Assembly: GCF_028641065.1 (NCBI RefSeq)
Contig: NC_073381.1
Location: forward strand, 77,624,001-77,688,000
Reading direction: 5' to 3'
From: Leucoraja erinacea
Lineage: Eukaryota
DNA: 64,000 nt
Below are positions 13,368 to 23,894 of this stretch, one piece after another (the first letter of the stretch is position 1; every line of letters begins with the position of its first letter). A model generated the notes under the pieces. It made no database searches, was not told the DNA's origin, and was given only the letters and a program-made list of their open reading frames with translations. Position numbers and translations under genes: made by a program.

Positions 13368-15502
13368 CTAGAGTTTTGTTTAGGCACTAAAAATCTTTGA
13401 AATAGGCAGGCAAAAAGCATATCACAAAAAATACATTTATTGGCAAAAAAGACATGTATTTCCACCACCAAAGCATGGTTAAAAATGATAATATAAAGGT
13501 ATACTACATTAAATGACCAAAGTTGCCTGGTATCACATAATTACTAGCATTTTTTTCAAATTACCTGATGTTATACTATGCCTTCTGTCAGACAGAATAT
13601 GCTTCGGTTGTGAGAAACCTTTTTCTACCTCAGTCTAGGTCACTGGTGCATACCCATAACAAGCTACAGACTCTATATTCATGTCGATATCTTGTGCATT
13701 ACAACTACCTTTGAGAACTTTAGCTATGTTTTGTATTTCTTCAAGATCTTTGTTAGCTAAAATCACTCTCTCACATTTTCCTTGCATGTCTTCCTATCGC
13801 CAGGAATTTTATGAATATCTTCAGTTATTTTGTTGAAAACCTGAAAGTTATTCACTAATGTTTCGCAACATTTCTCAAATGATAGCTTGTGGGAAGTTTG
13901 CAAAATTAGAAGCAATAAACACAACATCGCGATGGAGGAACGTTTTCTGCATTGTTTCACTGACGATCCTGACTGCAGCAGATTCTTCTTCTTCAAAACA
14001 GTTGACGATTTCTTTTATCTTTTCAAAATTTGCAGCATAGTAGAGTACAGCAGAGAGCCATGTCCCCCACATAGTCAAAACAGGCTGATGAGGTAGCAGA
14101 ATCTCAGGTATCATTTCCTTGAACAACTGCACACATGACGGTGCTTTGAGGAAGATTTTCTTGACATTGGAAACTAGGCGCTCGACATTGGGAAACAAGC
14201 TATAATGTGCTTGGCAATTCTATGACGTCCTTGAGCTAAGCATGTCAAATACGGCATTTTGGGGAATAAAAGTTTAAGAGCCCGTGTGGCTTTTTTCATG
14301 TACGGAGCTGCATCAGTCACAAACAGAAGAACACTCTTGTGTTTTATACCGTCTGGCCAAAGTACAGCAAGTGAAGATGTAAACAACCGAGCAATAGTTT
14401 AGCTGTGTGACTTCTCCAATACTTCCGATGTCAACAAACACACCTTTGATGGTTGACCTGCCTCCATTGTACCGATGACCTCATTGGCAACATATCTCCC
14501 CACAGGTAGACAAAAATGCTGGAGAAACTCAGCAGGTGCAGCAGCATCTATGCAGTCTACCTTCGATTTTCCAGCATCTGCAGTTCCTTGTTAAATATCT
14601 CCCCACAGTATCGGTTGTCTCGTCTATTGAGATCCATATTTTGTTGCATGCAACTTGATCTCTAATTTTCTGCACGACAATGTTGAAGTGGCTGTCAGCA
14701 TAATTTTTCCATAATGTTGACTCGCTTAGTATAAGTTCCTCTGTGTATTTCTCTAAAAAACCTCTGAGAGATTTGTTTTCCAATTTCCACCGTGGAATTC
14801 CAGCATCAATGAATGCCTTGCACAGATCACTCGAAAACTCAGATTTCTGACTGGAGCCAACAATAAATGTAGTGAGGACCCAAGCTTTGGTATTTGGCTT
14901 GGGTAGTTTACACCCCAGCGATATCAACATTGATTTCTAATTTTAGATATCCCTTGTCTTCTCATTCCTCCCCCTCACCCTTCCCAGCTCTCCTTCTAGT
15001 CCTACTACTGTCTTCACTTCTTCCTTTCTTTTTCCTGCCCCCCCCTTTACATCAGTCTGAAGAAGGGTCTCGACCCGAAATGTCGCCTATGCTCTCCATA
15101 GATGCTGTCTCACCCGCTGAGTTTCTCCAGCATTTTTTGTCTACCTTCGATTTTTCCAGCATCTGCAGTTCTTTCTTAAATAGATCTTGGAGAAGACTGA
15201 ACTAGCGGGCAGCGGCATGAACGAATGAATGACCGATGGTGGCACCCCGGATTTTGCCCCTGTGGTGGAAATTGTCTTGTAACTTATACCATGTTAACAC
15301 ATAATAATAATAATTTATTAATATTAACGTTAACATAGAAAACGTCACTTTCACAATACAACTAGAGAAAATAGCACGACCTTTTAGCAAAACGGCAAAA
15401 AAAAGCTGATTTATGCACTCAATTGTGAAAAAGGCATTATCCTGGTGAAATCATCAAAAAAGGGCATGAAAAGGCACATGGCATTTATGGCAAAATCCTG
15501 GC
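13368..15502 (-). mobile_element. Degenerate hAT-superfamily transposon (CGGBP1/DUF659-like transposase) nested in the Tc1
   Basis: ORF pieces IWISIDETTD, LLFVTDAAPYMKKA, TCLAQGRHRIA and PVLTMWGTWL. Flanked by the direct repeat GAGTTATGA (13359-13367, 15503-15511). Confidence 0.8.
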
Positions 15503-17171
15503 GAGTTATGAGGCATTTGTTTGAACTTGAGCAGATAGGATGTGTCTATACACTTCAGAATTCATTATGCTACTACCATCAACAGTTGTATCATCAATGA
15601 AGATAAGTGAGCCAGTACCTTCAGCAGCCATACATGCCCCGGCCATAACACCCCCACCACCGTGTTTCACAGATGAGGTGGTATGCTTTGGATCTTGGGC
15701 AGTTCCTTCTCTCCTCCATACTTTGCTCTTGCCATCACTCTGATATGTCAATCTTCGTCTCATCTGTCCACAAGACCCTTTTCCAGAACTGTGGTTGCTC
15801 TTTTAAGTACTTCTTGGCAAGCTGTAACTTGTTTGTGATCTGTCGGACAGGTGTTTGGGGATTTTTCTTTATTAAAGTGAGAATTCTTCTGTCATCAGCT
15901 GTATAGGTCTTCCTTGGCCTGCCAGTCCCTTTGCGATTAGTAAGCTCACCAGTGCTCTCTTTCTTCTTAATGATTTTCCAAACAGTTAATTTTGGTAGGC
16001 CTAAGGTTTGGCTGATGTCTCTCTAACAGTTTTATTTTTGTTTCTCAGTCTCATAATGGCTTCTTTGACTTTCATTGGCACAACTTCAGTCCTCATGTTG
16101 ATAAACAGCAATAAAAGTTTCCAAAGGTGCTGAGAGCTCTCTTTTATCTGCATTAAGGAGGCAATTAAATACACCTGAGCAATTACAAAGACTTGTGAAG
16201 CCATGTGTCCCAAACAATATGGTGCCCTGAAATATGGGGGGGGGGGCGACGACGCTATGTATAAACACAGCTGTAATTTCTACATGGTGAAACCAAAATG
16301 TATAAAAATGGCCTTTAATAAAATCTGACAATATGCACTTTAACCGCATGTGATTTTTTTTCTATTACAAATCTCAAATTGTGGAGTACAGAGGCAAATT
16401 AATAAATAATGGGTCGTTGTCCCAAACATTATGGAGGGCACTGACAGTATCTAGACGAGCACTTCAAGTGGCAGAGCATACAAAGCTGCAGACCAAATGT
16501 AAGTAACTGGGACTATTATAAGGACATTAACCGTCAAGGAAACGGCAGGCTGAGGGACTTGCTTCTGTTACACAACCAGAACTTAATTCTAGACTTTATT
16601 GTTTTGTGCAAAAGCCACAACGTAGCAGATGTGTTTAGAATTAAATTACCTTAACATTCACAATCTTAAATCCTGTTAATTTGGCCAAGATTTCAACGAG
16701 GCAATGTCGCATCTTGACAATATCAGATTTGACCTAGCAAATTACTGAATTCACTGACATCAAATGCAATTCTAGCCATATCCCAAAAATATGGTCTCTG
16801 GCTATTCAATCAGAGGACCTCACAATAACCTGATACACTAATCCCGTCAGCAGTATTCAGGAACGGAGGACCTTCCTTTCCTTATACCCAGACCAATTGG
16901 TGAAATGTGTAGGGAGAAACTGCAGATGCGGGTTTAAGCTGAAGACAGATACAAAAGGCTGGAGTAACCCAGCGTTTCGAGTCAAGGCACGTATGAAGAA
17001 GGGTCTCGCCCCGAACCGTCACATATTCCTTTTCTCCACAGATGATGCCTGACCCGCTGAGTTACTCCAGCCTTTTAAGTCGGTCTCCAATTGGTCAAAT
17101 GCCATTTTTCACAGATCAGCGCATAAAATATGAGCCAAATAATGATACCAACAGTTTTTAGTAACTTATTA

Positions 17172-17351
<180 letters not shown>

Positions 17352-17470
17352 TTAAGGTGAACTTGCCTTCTAGCTTACCTTAAGCATTAAGGCGAGCGAG
17401 AATCTTAACCGTGCCAATAATATTCAGTATTATACGCCAAATCTAATACTGTATCTCCGACGTTTAGGCA

Positions 17471-17531
17471 ATAATTCAGGCAATTTTCTTCATTCGATTC
17501 AGTAGAGGGAGCCAATTGATCATCATTGATA
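17471..17531 (-). ncRNA. SNORD100: C/D box snoRNA SNORD100 (18S rRNA 2'-O-methylation guide)
   Basis: Minus strand reads ATGATGA-tcaatt-GGCTCCCTCT-a-CTGA(D')-atcga-ATGAAGA(C')-aaattgc-CTGA. The guide is complementary to 18S AGAGGGAGCC. Located in RPS12 intron 4. Confidence 0.9.
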
Positions 17532-18322
17532 AAGTACAACATTCAGGATATATAGTTCACTCAGAAATCGTCAAATATCTGTGCATCTCAATTTTTATTC
17601 TCTAGGAAATGACAGTGGAATAGTCTCAGTTATAGGATTTGCATATGTCCCATCTCCAAGGTCCTTAATTGACTAACAAATATGTGGTGTCATCATCTAC
17701 TTAACTTTCCCCAATCCAGGGACACTGTGGTCACAATGTCCCTAGCCTCCATATGTCTGATAAATTGAACAGATCTGAAGTTAAACACAAGATTATTCAA
17801 ATGAGGGGATCAGCCACTGGATGGCACAACTGGCTCAATCACAAGAAGCGTTTAAGTCTCCAATTGCTATTCCTATACTCAGAATGCTAACCTGCAGCTA
17901 AATGCAAATGGCCAAGATGGGTGTAAGTTTAGTGTATTGGCATAACCTTTAACCAGTGTATAAAGGAAGCTGGGTGGCCTGGTCTACATTTCTGTGCAGT
18001 AAGAGGAATAAATATGGCAGGGATAGAAAAATACACTCACCATTTTGGTTTAGGTTTGGATTATGACAAAATATTATAGAATTCAGCCTTAGAAGTGCAA
18101 GACCGATCTCATTACAACGTAGTTATGGAAAAAGAAAATGCAAACTCAAATGTTTGTTTAAGATAGTTAAGACTAGTTTAGTAGTCTAGTAATTATAATC
18201 ATTCACATGCCTCATCTTTTAAATAATAAAAAGAAAGCAATGGTGCACAAGTTGAATCCAAGATAAAATAGCCAATGACAACATTGGCATGGATCTTTAT
18301 TCAATCCATTATTTGTGCTCAC

Positions 18323-18425
18323 CTTAATCAGGTTGATTTGATGTTCAGCACAGAGTGCCTCCACCAACTTAACATATTGGGCCTCATCACAGTTGCTTGC
18401 CAGAACACACAAGTGGGCTTGCCGT
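18323..18425 (-). CDS. RPS12: RPS12 exon (K)[34 protein letters not shown]
   Basis: 103 nt, cttag| acceptor and |gtgagc donor; overlaps ORF-track hit 18212-18412. Confidence 0.97.
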
Positions 18426-18799
18426 CTAAGGGTTGAGAAGGGAGAAACAAATCGTAAAACTTTTACACCAACATCATCCAGGACACACCTCAGCTCTACC
18501 CTTTATACTTATGTGGATCAATTGAAGAATCAAAGACAAATCAAAGGACAAAGAACATTTATTGTGATATCCACCAATTGGTGCAGTGAAATTTGAGTTA
18601 CCATGCAGCAACCAAATAACATAAACATAACACTTTAGAATTTAACATAAAACACAAAAAACACCCCCCCACAGGGCTCCGCGTTGTTAAAGTCAGCGCT
18701 GCCCGGCGGCTGGAAAATCAAGAGCCGCCAGCGGCTGGAGGCTCCGCTGACCACAGCTCCACGGTGTCAAAGTCAGCAGTCTCAGCACTCCGGAGCTCC

Positions 18800-19092
18800 A
18801 ACAGTGGAACAACTCCGCAGTGGAATCCAGTGCTGCGTTGGTGGTGGACTTTCGGAGGAGAGGAACACCCCTGTCCCTAACAATGGTGTGGATGTGCAGT
18901 TTACCAGGGAGTTCTAAATACCTTGGAGTGTACCTGGACAGTAAACTGGACTGGTCCAGGAACGCTGAGGCCCTGTACAAGAAGGAACAGAGCCGGCGAT
19001 ACTTTTTGAGAAGGCTCTGATCCTTCAACATCTGTGACTGTTGGCAGATCAATTTTCCTCCTGGGATGAATAAAGTTCTATCATATCGTATG
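18800..19092 (+). mobile_element. Rex1/Babar-type LINE fragment
   Basis: KYLGVYLDSKLDWSRNAEALYKKEQSRRYFLRRL, followed by an aataaagttctatc tail. Confidence 0.7.
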
Positions 19093-19380
19093 CTACATAT
19101 TATCTTCATTAGATGGCACTATTGTTCAAATAACAATCGGCAAACTTGTATTTTAAGTTCATACCCTATTTAAGGCCAGATAATTTAACAATTACACCAG
19201 GTGTGAATTTCAACAATTAAGTAAGAACAAGGCTTATTTTGCTTTTTACTAGATTTTTGTAAACCCTAGACAATTTTAAAGTTGCACTACATCACATTCT
19301 CCTCATAGTTCATTTAATTACATGCTATATTTATTGCAGTTGATCAATTATGGTAACTCATGAAATTGACAATAACTCAC

Positions 19381-19497
19381 TTATCCAGCACTTTGGCAGC
19401 TTCCCGGAGACCACAACACAGGCCATCGTGGATGTATGCTGTTTTCAGCACCTCCTGAAGTGCAGTGTTGACATCCATGACCCCTCCTGCGGCTATG
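19381..19497 (-). CDS. RPS12: RPS12 exon (C)[38 protein letters not shown](K)
   Basis: 117 nt, cgtag| acceptor and |gtgagt donor; phases fit the neighbouring exons. Confidence 0.96.
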   Translation of the reverse strand, partial: HSRRRGHGCQHCTSGGAENSIHPRWPVLWSPGSCQSAG

Positions 19498-19586
19498 CTA
19501 CGAAGTTGGAGGAAATAATAATGAAATTTGGTTATTTACCATAGCAAAGCTATTATCATTTAAGAACGCAACAGCAGAGCCACAAA

Positions 19587-19660
19587 GTTGTCAGCAAATT
19601 TCTTTCACTCATTGTCAAGAGTGAAGGGGTATCCGACATTAGAAAATTCATCACTTCAAC
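19587..19660 (-). ncRNA. SNORD101: C/D box snoRNA SNORD101 (U101)
   Basis: Minus strand reads GTTG-aa-GTGATGA...TGTCGGATACCCCTTCACTC...TGAGTGAAA...CTGA-CAAC: box C, box D, terminal stem and the recalled SNORD101 core. About 90 nt upstream of an RPS12 acceptor; RPS12 is the known host gene. Confidence 0.9.
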
Positions 19661-20121
19661 AATGCAGCTTATATATCATTGCAAAATGACTGTAGGTTCT
19701 GGAAGATAAACTTTTAGTAAGCAAATATTTTGGAAACTGAGGGTCTCAGTTTGTTCAAGTAAGACAGCACTACCACAATACAGATTATGCAATAAAAAAT
19801 TACCATGTTATCAATTCTTGTATTATACCAGAATTATATATTGTATTGTAACTATATTCAAAATGCAACCAGTCAAAATAACTTGTTAGTAATTGGGATA
19901 CCAAGCATTAAGTACAAAAAAACTGCATGCCATGGGATGGGGCATCCTTCTTTCCACAACCACATGAATACCTCTACAAAACATATCCAGCTGCAGGAAT
20001 TAAACCTAAAGAACCAGCCCCCACTTGAACGCTCTACCAACCCCAAAACATCCCAACACTGGCATCAATGCGGCCACGGTGGCACAGCGGTAGAGCGCTG
20101 CCTTACAGCGCTTGTAGCGCC

Positions 20122-20768
20122 GAAGAACCAGGTTCATCAAGAAGGCTCAGCAGCGGCTGCACTTCCTGAGGGTCCTCAGGAAGCACAACCTGGACTCTAA
20201 CCTGCTGCTGACCTTCTACCGCTCGTCCATCGAGAGCCTGCTGACATACTGCATTACAGCATGGTATGGCAGCTGCACCATGGCAGACAGGGAGAGGCTT
20301 CAGAGGGTAACCAGGACAGCGCAGAGGATCATTGGTTGCCCTCTCCCCTCCCTGATGGACATCTACACCTCCCGCTGCCTTAGCAGGGCAAAGAAGATCA
20401 CCAAAGACAGCTCCCATCCTGCGTTTGGACTGTTCGACCTGCTGCCCTCTGGAAGGCGCTATAGGTGCATCAAATCCAGGACAAACAGACTCAGGAATAG
20501 CTGCTTCCCGAGAATTATATCTACCATAAATTCAAATCACACACATGCACTGACTACACCGCCCAACACGGACTTCCATCTGTATATATGTATATATGTA
20601 TGTAGCGCCGTAGAATTTGTGCACCTATTCCCCCCCCCCATCTCCCTTCTGTTTTGTTTTTCTGTTTCTTGTTTTTTGTGTAAAATTGTATGTATGCACT
20701 GAGTACGAGCAGCTTTCAGTTTCACTGTACATGTATAGTGACAATAAATGGCATATCTATCTATCAAT
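20122..20768 (+). mobile_element. Rex1/Babar-type LINE 3' end inserted in a V-SINE
   Basis: RLQRVTRTAQRIIGCPLP...LLPSGRRYR..RTNRLRNS frame; aataaa plus (tcta)n tail. Confidence 0.8.
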
Positions 20769-20925
20769 CATGACTACGGGTGCCTGTCTGTTCGGAGTTT
20801 GAACGTTCGCCCCGTGACCTGTGTGGGTTTTCTCCGAGATCTTCGGTTTCCTCCCACACTCCAAAGACGTACAGGTTTCTAGGTTAATTGCCTTGGTAAA
20901 TGTAAAATTTGTCCGTAGTGTGTGT

Positions 20926-21183
20926 ATCATCATCATCGTTGAAAACATTAACGCGCACGAAAGTGATCGCAAGTGTGGATGGCCGTTGGCTCGCTAGGAG
21001 TCGTCCGCCCTTTGACGGGTCTTGTTTTTGGTCCAGCTGGGGGTCCATAGCCCTCTCCTCACCTGGCAAACCAGGTGGGGAGACGGTTTAGTCGCCAACT
21101 ATCCTACCATGGAGCAGGTAGCACAGGATTACATGGTACCAGTGGCAGGGGGAGGAACTCCCCCCCCCCCCCGATTTGACCTC
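20926..21183 (-). mobile_element. Short non-autonomous retroelement with (GAT)n tail, RTE-like
   Basis: (ATC)n at 20926; TSD tagtgtgtgt at 20916-20925 and 21184-21193; no coding remnant. Confidence 0.55.
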
Positions 21184-22407
21184 TAGTGTGTGTGTGTGTG
21201 TGTGTGTGTAGGATAGTGTTAATAGTGGGCCAAAGGGCCTGTTTCCACGCTGTATCTCTAAACTAAAACAAATCTAGTGTGAGATCTTTTGTAAAACTGC
21301 TAGAAATCTGAAATGACACATTAGGAAAAAGTACATTTGAAAATGTCAGAAAAAATGATCACCTTTGAGGTCAAAATCAAAGGATCTTTCTAAAGTTGCT
21401 GCCTGATGTTGAGAATTTCCCAAAAATGCAAGTCGGTGGAAGGACATTACCTGGTTGTCTGATCCCTGCTCAAACCATCATCACCCCAATCACGTAGCGT
21501 TCTCATCCTTATCATGACCCCTTGTCACCCCAACATTCGTCCACTTCTTTTTCCATCACCAAAAAAAATCCCCATCCCACCGAACTATCGGATCTGTGGT
21601 AATTCTCACCAATTTGCTAAGTGTCCTGGGCCTGATCCATCTACCAACTTTGCACTCCGGACTCATCTCACATACGTTCAGAAAGGTTGAGCAAAATAAA
21701 TGTAAAACTGTTAACCATCAGTTTGAAAGAACATCCCAACCAACCTTCCATCTGTTACCTTTTTCAGTCGCATGGCTCAACTGGAACTAAATAGATAGAT
21801 ATAGAAACATAGAAAATAGGTGCAGGAGTAGGCCAATCGGCCCTTCAAGCCTGCACCGCCATTCAATATGATCATGGCTGATCATCCAACTCAGTATCTC
21901 GTACCTGCCTTCTCTCCGTAAATAAACCTACTGTTTTGACAATACTCCCCGACCTCGGGATCCCACCCCCTGTGCCCACTTGACCCCAAACCCGCCCGCA
22001 ACACCTCTCCCCCATGCATGCTTCACTGACCGACTGTGCTCGGCTCCACCTGTAGCAAGTACTCTCTTGACACCCTCTCCACCGGTACTCAACACCCCCC
22101 GACACCACCGCTCCCCCATGGTGTCACCTGTCTCTCCCCGCCCCCCCAGGCCGGCCCGGGCAGGGAGTAGAGGGGATGAAGAGCAACAGGACGGTCTCGG
22201 CGCCGGCCCCTCTGCTCCCATTGCGGGCCTCCTTACTCGCCGCTTGACGTGGGTCAGGCCGGGGAATGGAGCACCTGGACCTAGTCTTCCCCCCGGCCTG
22301 TCTTCCGAGAGCGGACCCCGGGACTCCCCGGTCGGTCGGTCCCTCCCTCCTCCTCTCCCCCCCGCCCGCCGGCCGAGCAACCCCCGCCTCTCACTCGGTT
22401 CACCCAC

Positions 22408-22421
22408 CATTCCTCGGCCAT
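22408..22421 (-). CDS. RPS12: RPS12 start-codon exon ATG GCC GAG GAA TG
   Basis: MAEE plus 2 nt, then |gtgggt donor; same 14-nt coding portion as recalled for vertebrate RPS12. Confidence 0.9.
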
Positions 22422-22593
22422 CTTTCGGCGTTTATTTTCCCAGAAAGTTGCGGTTGTTTCGCCGCAATGCGGGCGTCGGCGGAGTGCGCCGGGTGCGGGC
22501 GGTCGGTTGGCGGAGTCGGCGCGGCTTCGGGACGCGGGATGGCGGCGATGGCGCTGCGATTCTCCGCCTTGCCTCACTCACTCCCTCACTCAC

Positions 22594-22659
22594 CCGCGGC
22601 GACAGAGGCGGCAAGATGGCGGAAAAAGGCCGCGCCGCGCCGGCATTGGTCCTTATATA
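22594..22659 (-). promoter_or_regulatory. RPS12: RPS12 core promoter and putative non-coding exon 1: TATA box, TCT/5'TOP initiator, YY1 site
   Basis: TATATAA at 22659-22653; CCTTTTTCC pyrimidine tract starting ~30 nt downstream (22629); YY1 motif GCCATCTTG immediately after; donor gcgg|gtgagt at 22593; lies in a CpG island. Confidence 0.85.
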
Positions 22660-22741
22660 GACGCGGCGCCGCTAGACGCACGCATGACGCAACGACGCTA
22701 ACACGTCCACACCACCCGCCTGACGCGTCAGATCACCTGCC

Positions 22742-22897
22742 TGACGCAAAGTCCTCACCCGCCCGACGCAATGACGCAAAGTCCTCACCCGCCCGACGCA
22801 ACGACGCAAAGTCCAGATCACCCGCCCGACGCAATGACGCAAAGTCCTCACCCGCCCGACGCAATGACGCAAAGTCCAGATCACCCGCCCGATGCAA
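22742..22897. repeat. Minisatellite, 5 units of 30/33 bp (TGACGCAAAGTCC[AGA]TCACCCGCCCGACGCAA)
   Basis: Units start at 22742, 22772, 22802, 22835 and 22865. Confidence 0.95.
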
Positions 22898-23872
22898 AGT
22901 CGAGACCAAAGATTAGGAGCAAAGATCTTACAGCAGAAATCTTTCATCTGAAGCACATTTTTTCTTCTTTTTTTGACAAATTACACACTCTTGACTCATG
23001 ACCACCCAATCTCCACCCCCCCCCCGTCTTCGGTGTATCTGCTCCTTCCATTTTCTGCAGAAACACGTAAGAGGGGAGGAAAAAGGGAGATTGGGTGATC
23101 ACGAGTCAAGAAAGTTTAATTGTCAAAAAAAGAAACACTGTAATTCCTTATTTATTTCTATCACAGGAGCAGCTCCGCGGGTCGGGCAGCATTTCTGGAG
23201 AACATGAATAGGTGACATTTCAGGTCGGGAGCCTTCTTCAGACCCTGTGTTTAAGTCTGAAGAAGGGTTTCGGCCCGAAACGTTGCCTATTTCCTTCGCT
23301 CCATAGATGCTGCTGCACCCGCTGAGTTTCTCCAGCTTTTCTGTGTAACCTTCTTCAGACCCTTATGTATTGTCTGCCAACGCTGGTGCAAGTGGTTTGG
23401 TCGCCGCACTGGGGAGTCCAGACTCGCACTGTGCGTGTGGCGAGTAAGATGTTGCAATCGGGAGCGTGTTTGGTGTATTGTGAATCAGCCCGCTCTGTTC
23501 CCCAAAGATCCGCTATAGTTGTTGTTCCCGGCTTTGAATTAGTGCAATTGTGTAAGAGTTCTTCCGGTGTCTTCATTGCCTCGAGTCCTTTCACTGCGGC
23601 AGGTTTGATATGGTGGTCAAAGGTGCATTAGCAAGGACGAAGGGAGGGTGTGCCGGAGGAATATTATATCGCCCGGTCATAAACCCGGCCTGTGATATAT
23701 ATTGACCGTGCGCCGGGCGAGGTGTCTCTGGCGAAAGTGACAGGACAGGCTCGGACTCCCGGCGGAGAGAGGCTGCAGCGGCCGCGGGCTCAGACTGCCC
23801 GCTCCGGGCCAAGGCTCCAGCAGCTGGAGGGCTGAGATCTGTCCCCGGCACCGGCACCGGCCCGCCGTCACC

Positions 23873-23894
23873 ATGACCACTCCAGAAGTCACAG
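23873..23894 (+). CDS. SLC18B1: SLC18B1 (MFS vesicular polyamine transporter) coding exon 1, MTTPEVT(D)
   Basis: Kozak-like gccgtcaccATG, donor ACAG|gtaatt, phase 1 fits exon 2. The N-terminus itself is poorly conserved. Confidence 0.75.

Larger units (their letters stand above)
12378..16443 (-). mobile_element. Tc1/mariner DNA transposon with ~220-bp TIRs, degenerate and interrupted by two insertions
   Basis: TIRs at 12378-12598 and 16205-16443. Transposase remnants VKHGGGGVM..CM (15506-15763), QQDNDPKH (~13312-13345) and WPSQPDLNPIEH (~12803-12842). TA at the left flank only. Confidence 0.9.

Noticed and set aside
17622-17745. Possible second snoRNA in RPS12 intron 4 (ATGATGA...CTGA on the minus strand; adjacent agggaca..tgtccct hairpin faintly like SNORA33)
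   Set aside because: No proper terminal stem, C'/D' boxes or recognisable guide; no ACA box at the right distance; the intron already hosts SNORD100.
22742-22897. CRISPR-like appearance of the 30/33-bp array (also the 38-bp array at 52588-52770)
   Set aside because: Head-to-tail repeats with no unique spacers, no cas genes, and a vertebrate context.
21928-22956. Long overlapping ORFs (216-226 aa), one with an SSPARRNDAK repeat
   Set aside because: Explained by the stop-poor CpG island and a minisatellite whose units are multiples of 3; the region is the RPS12 promoter and introns.
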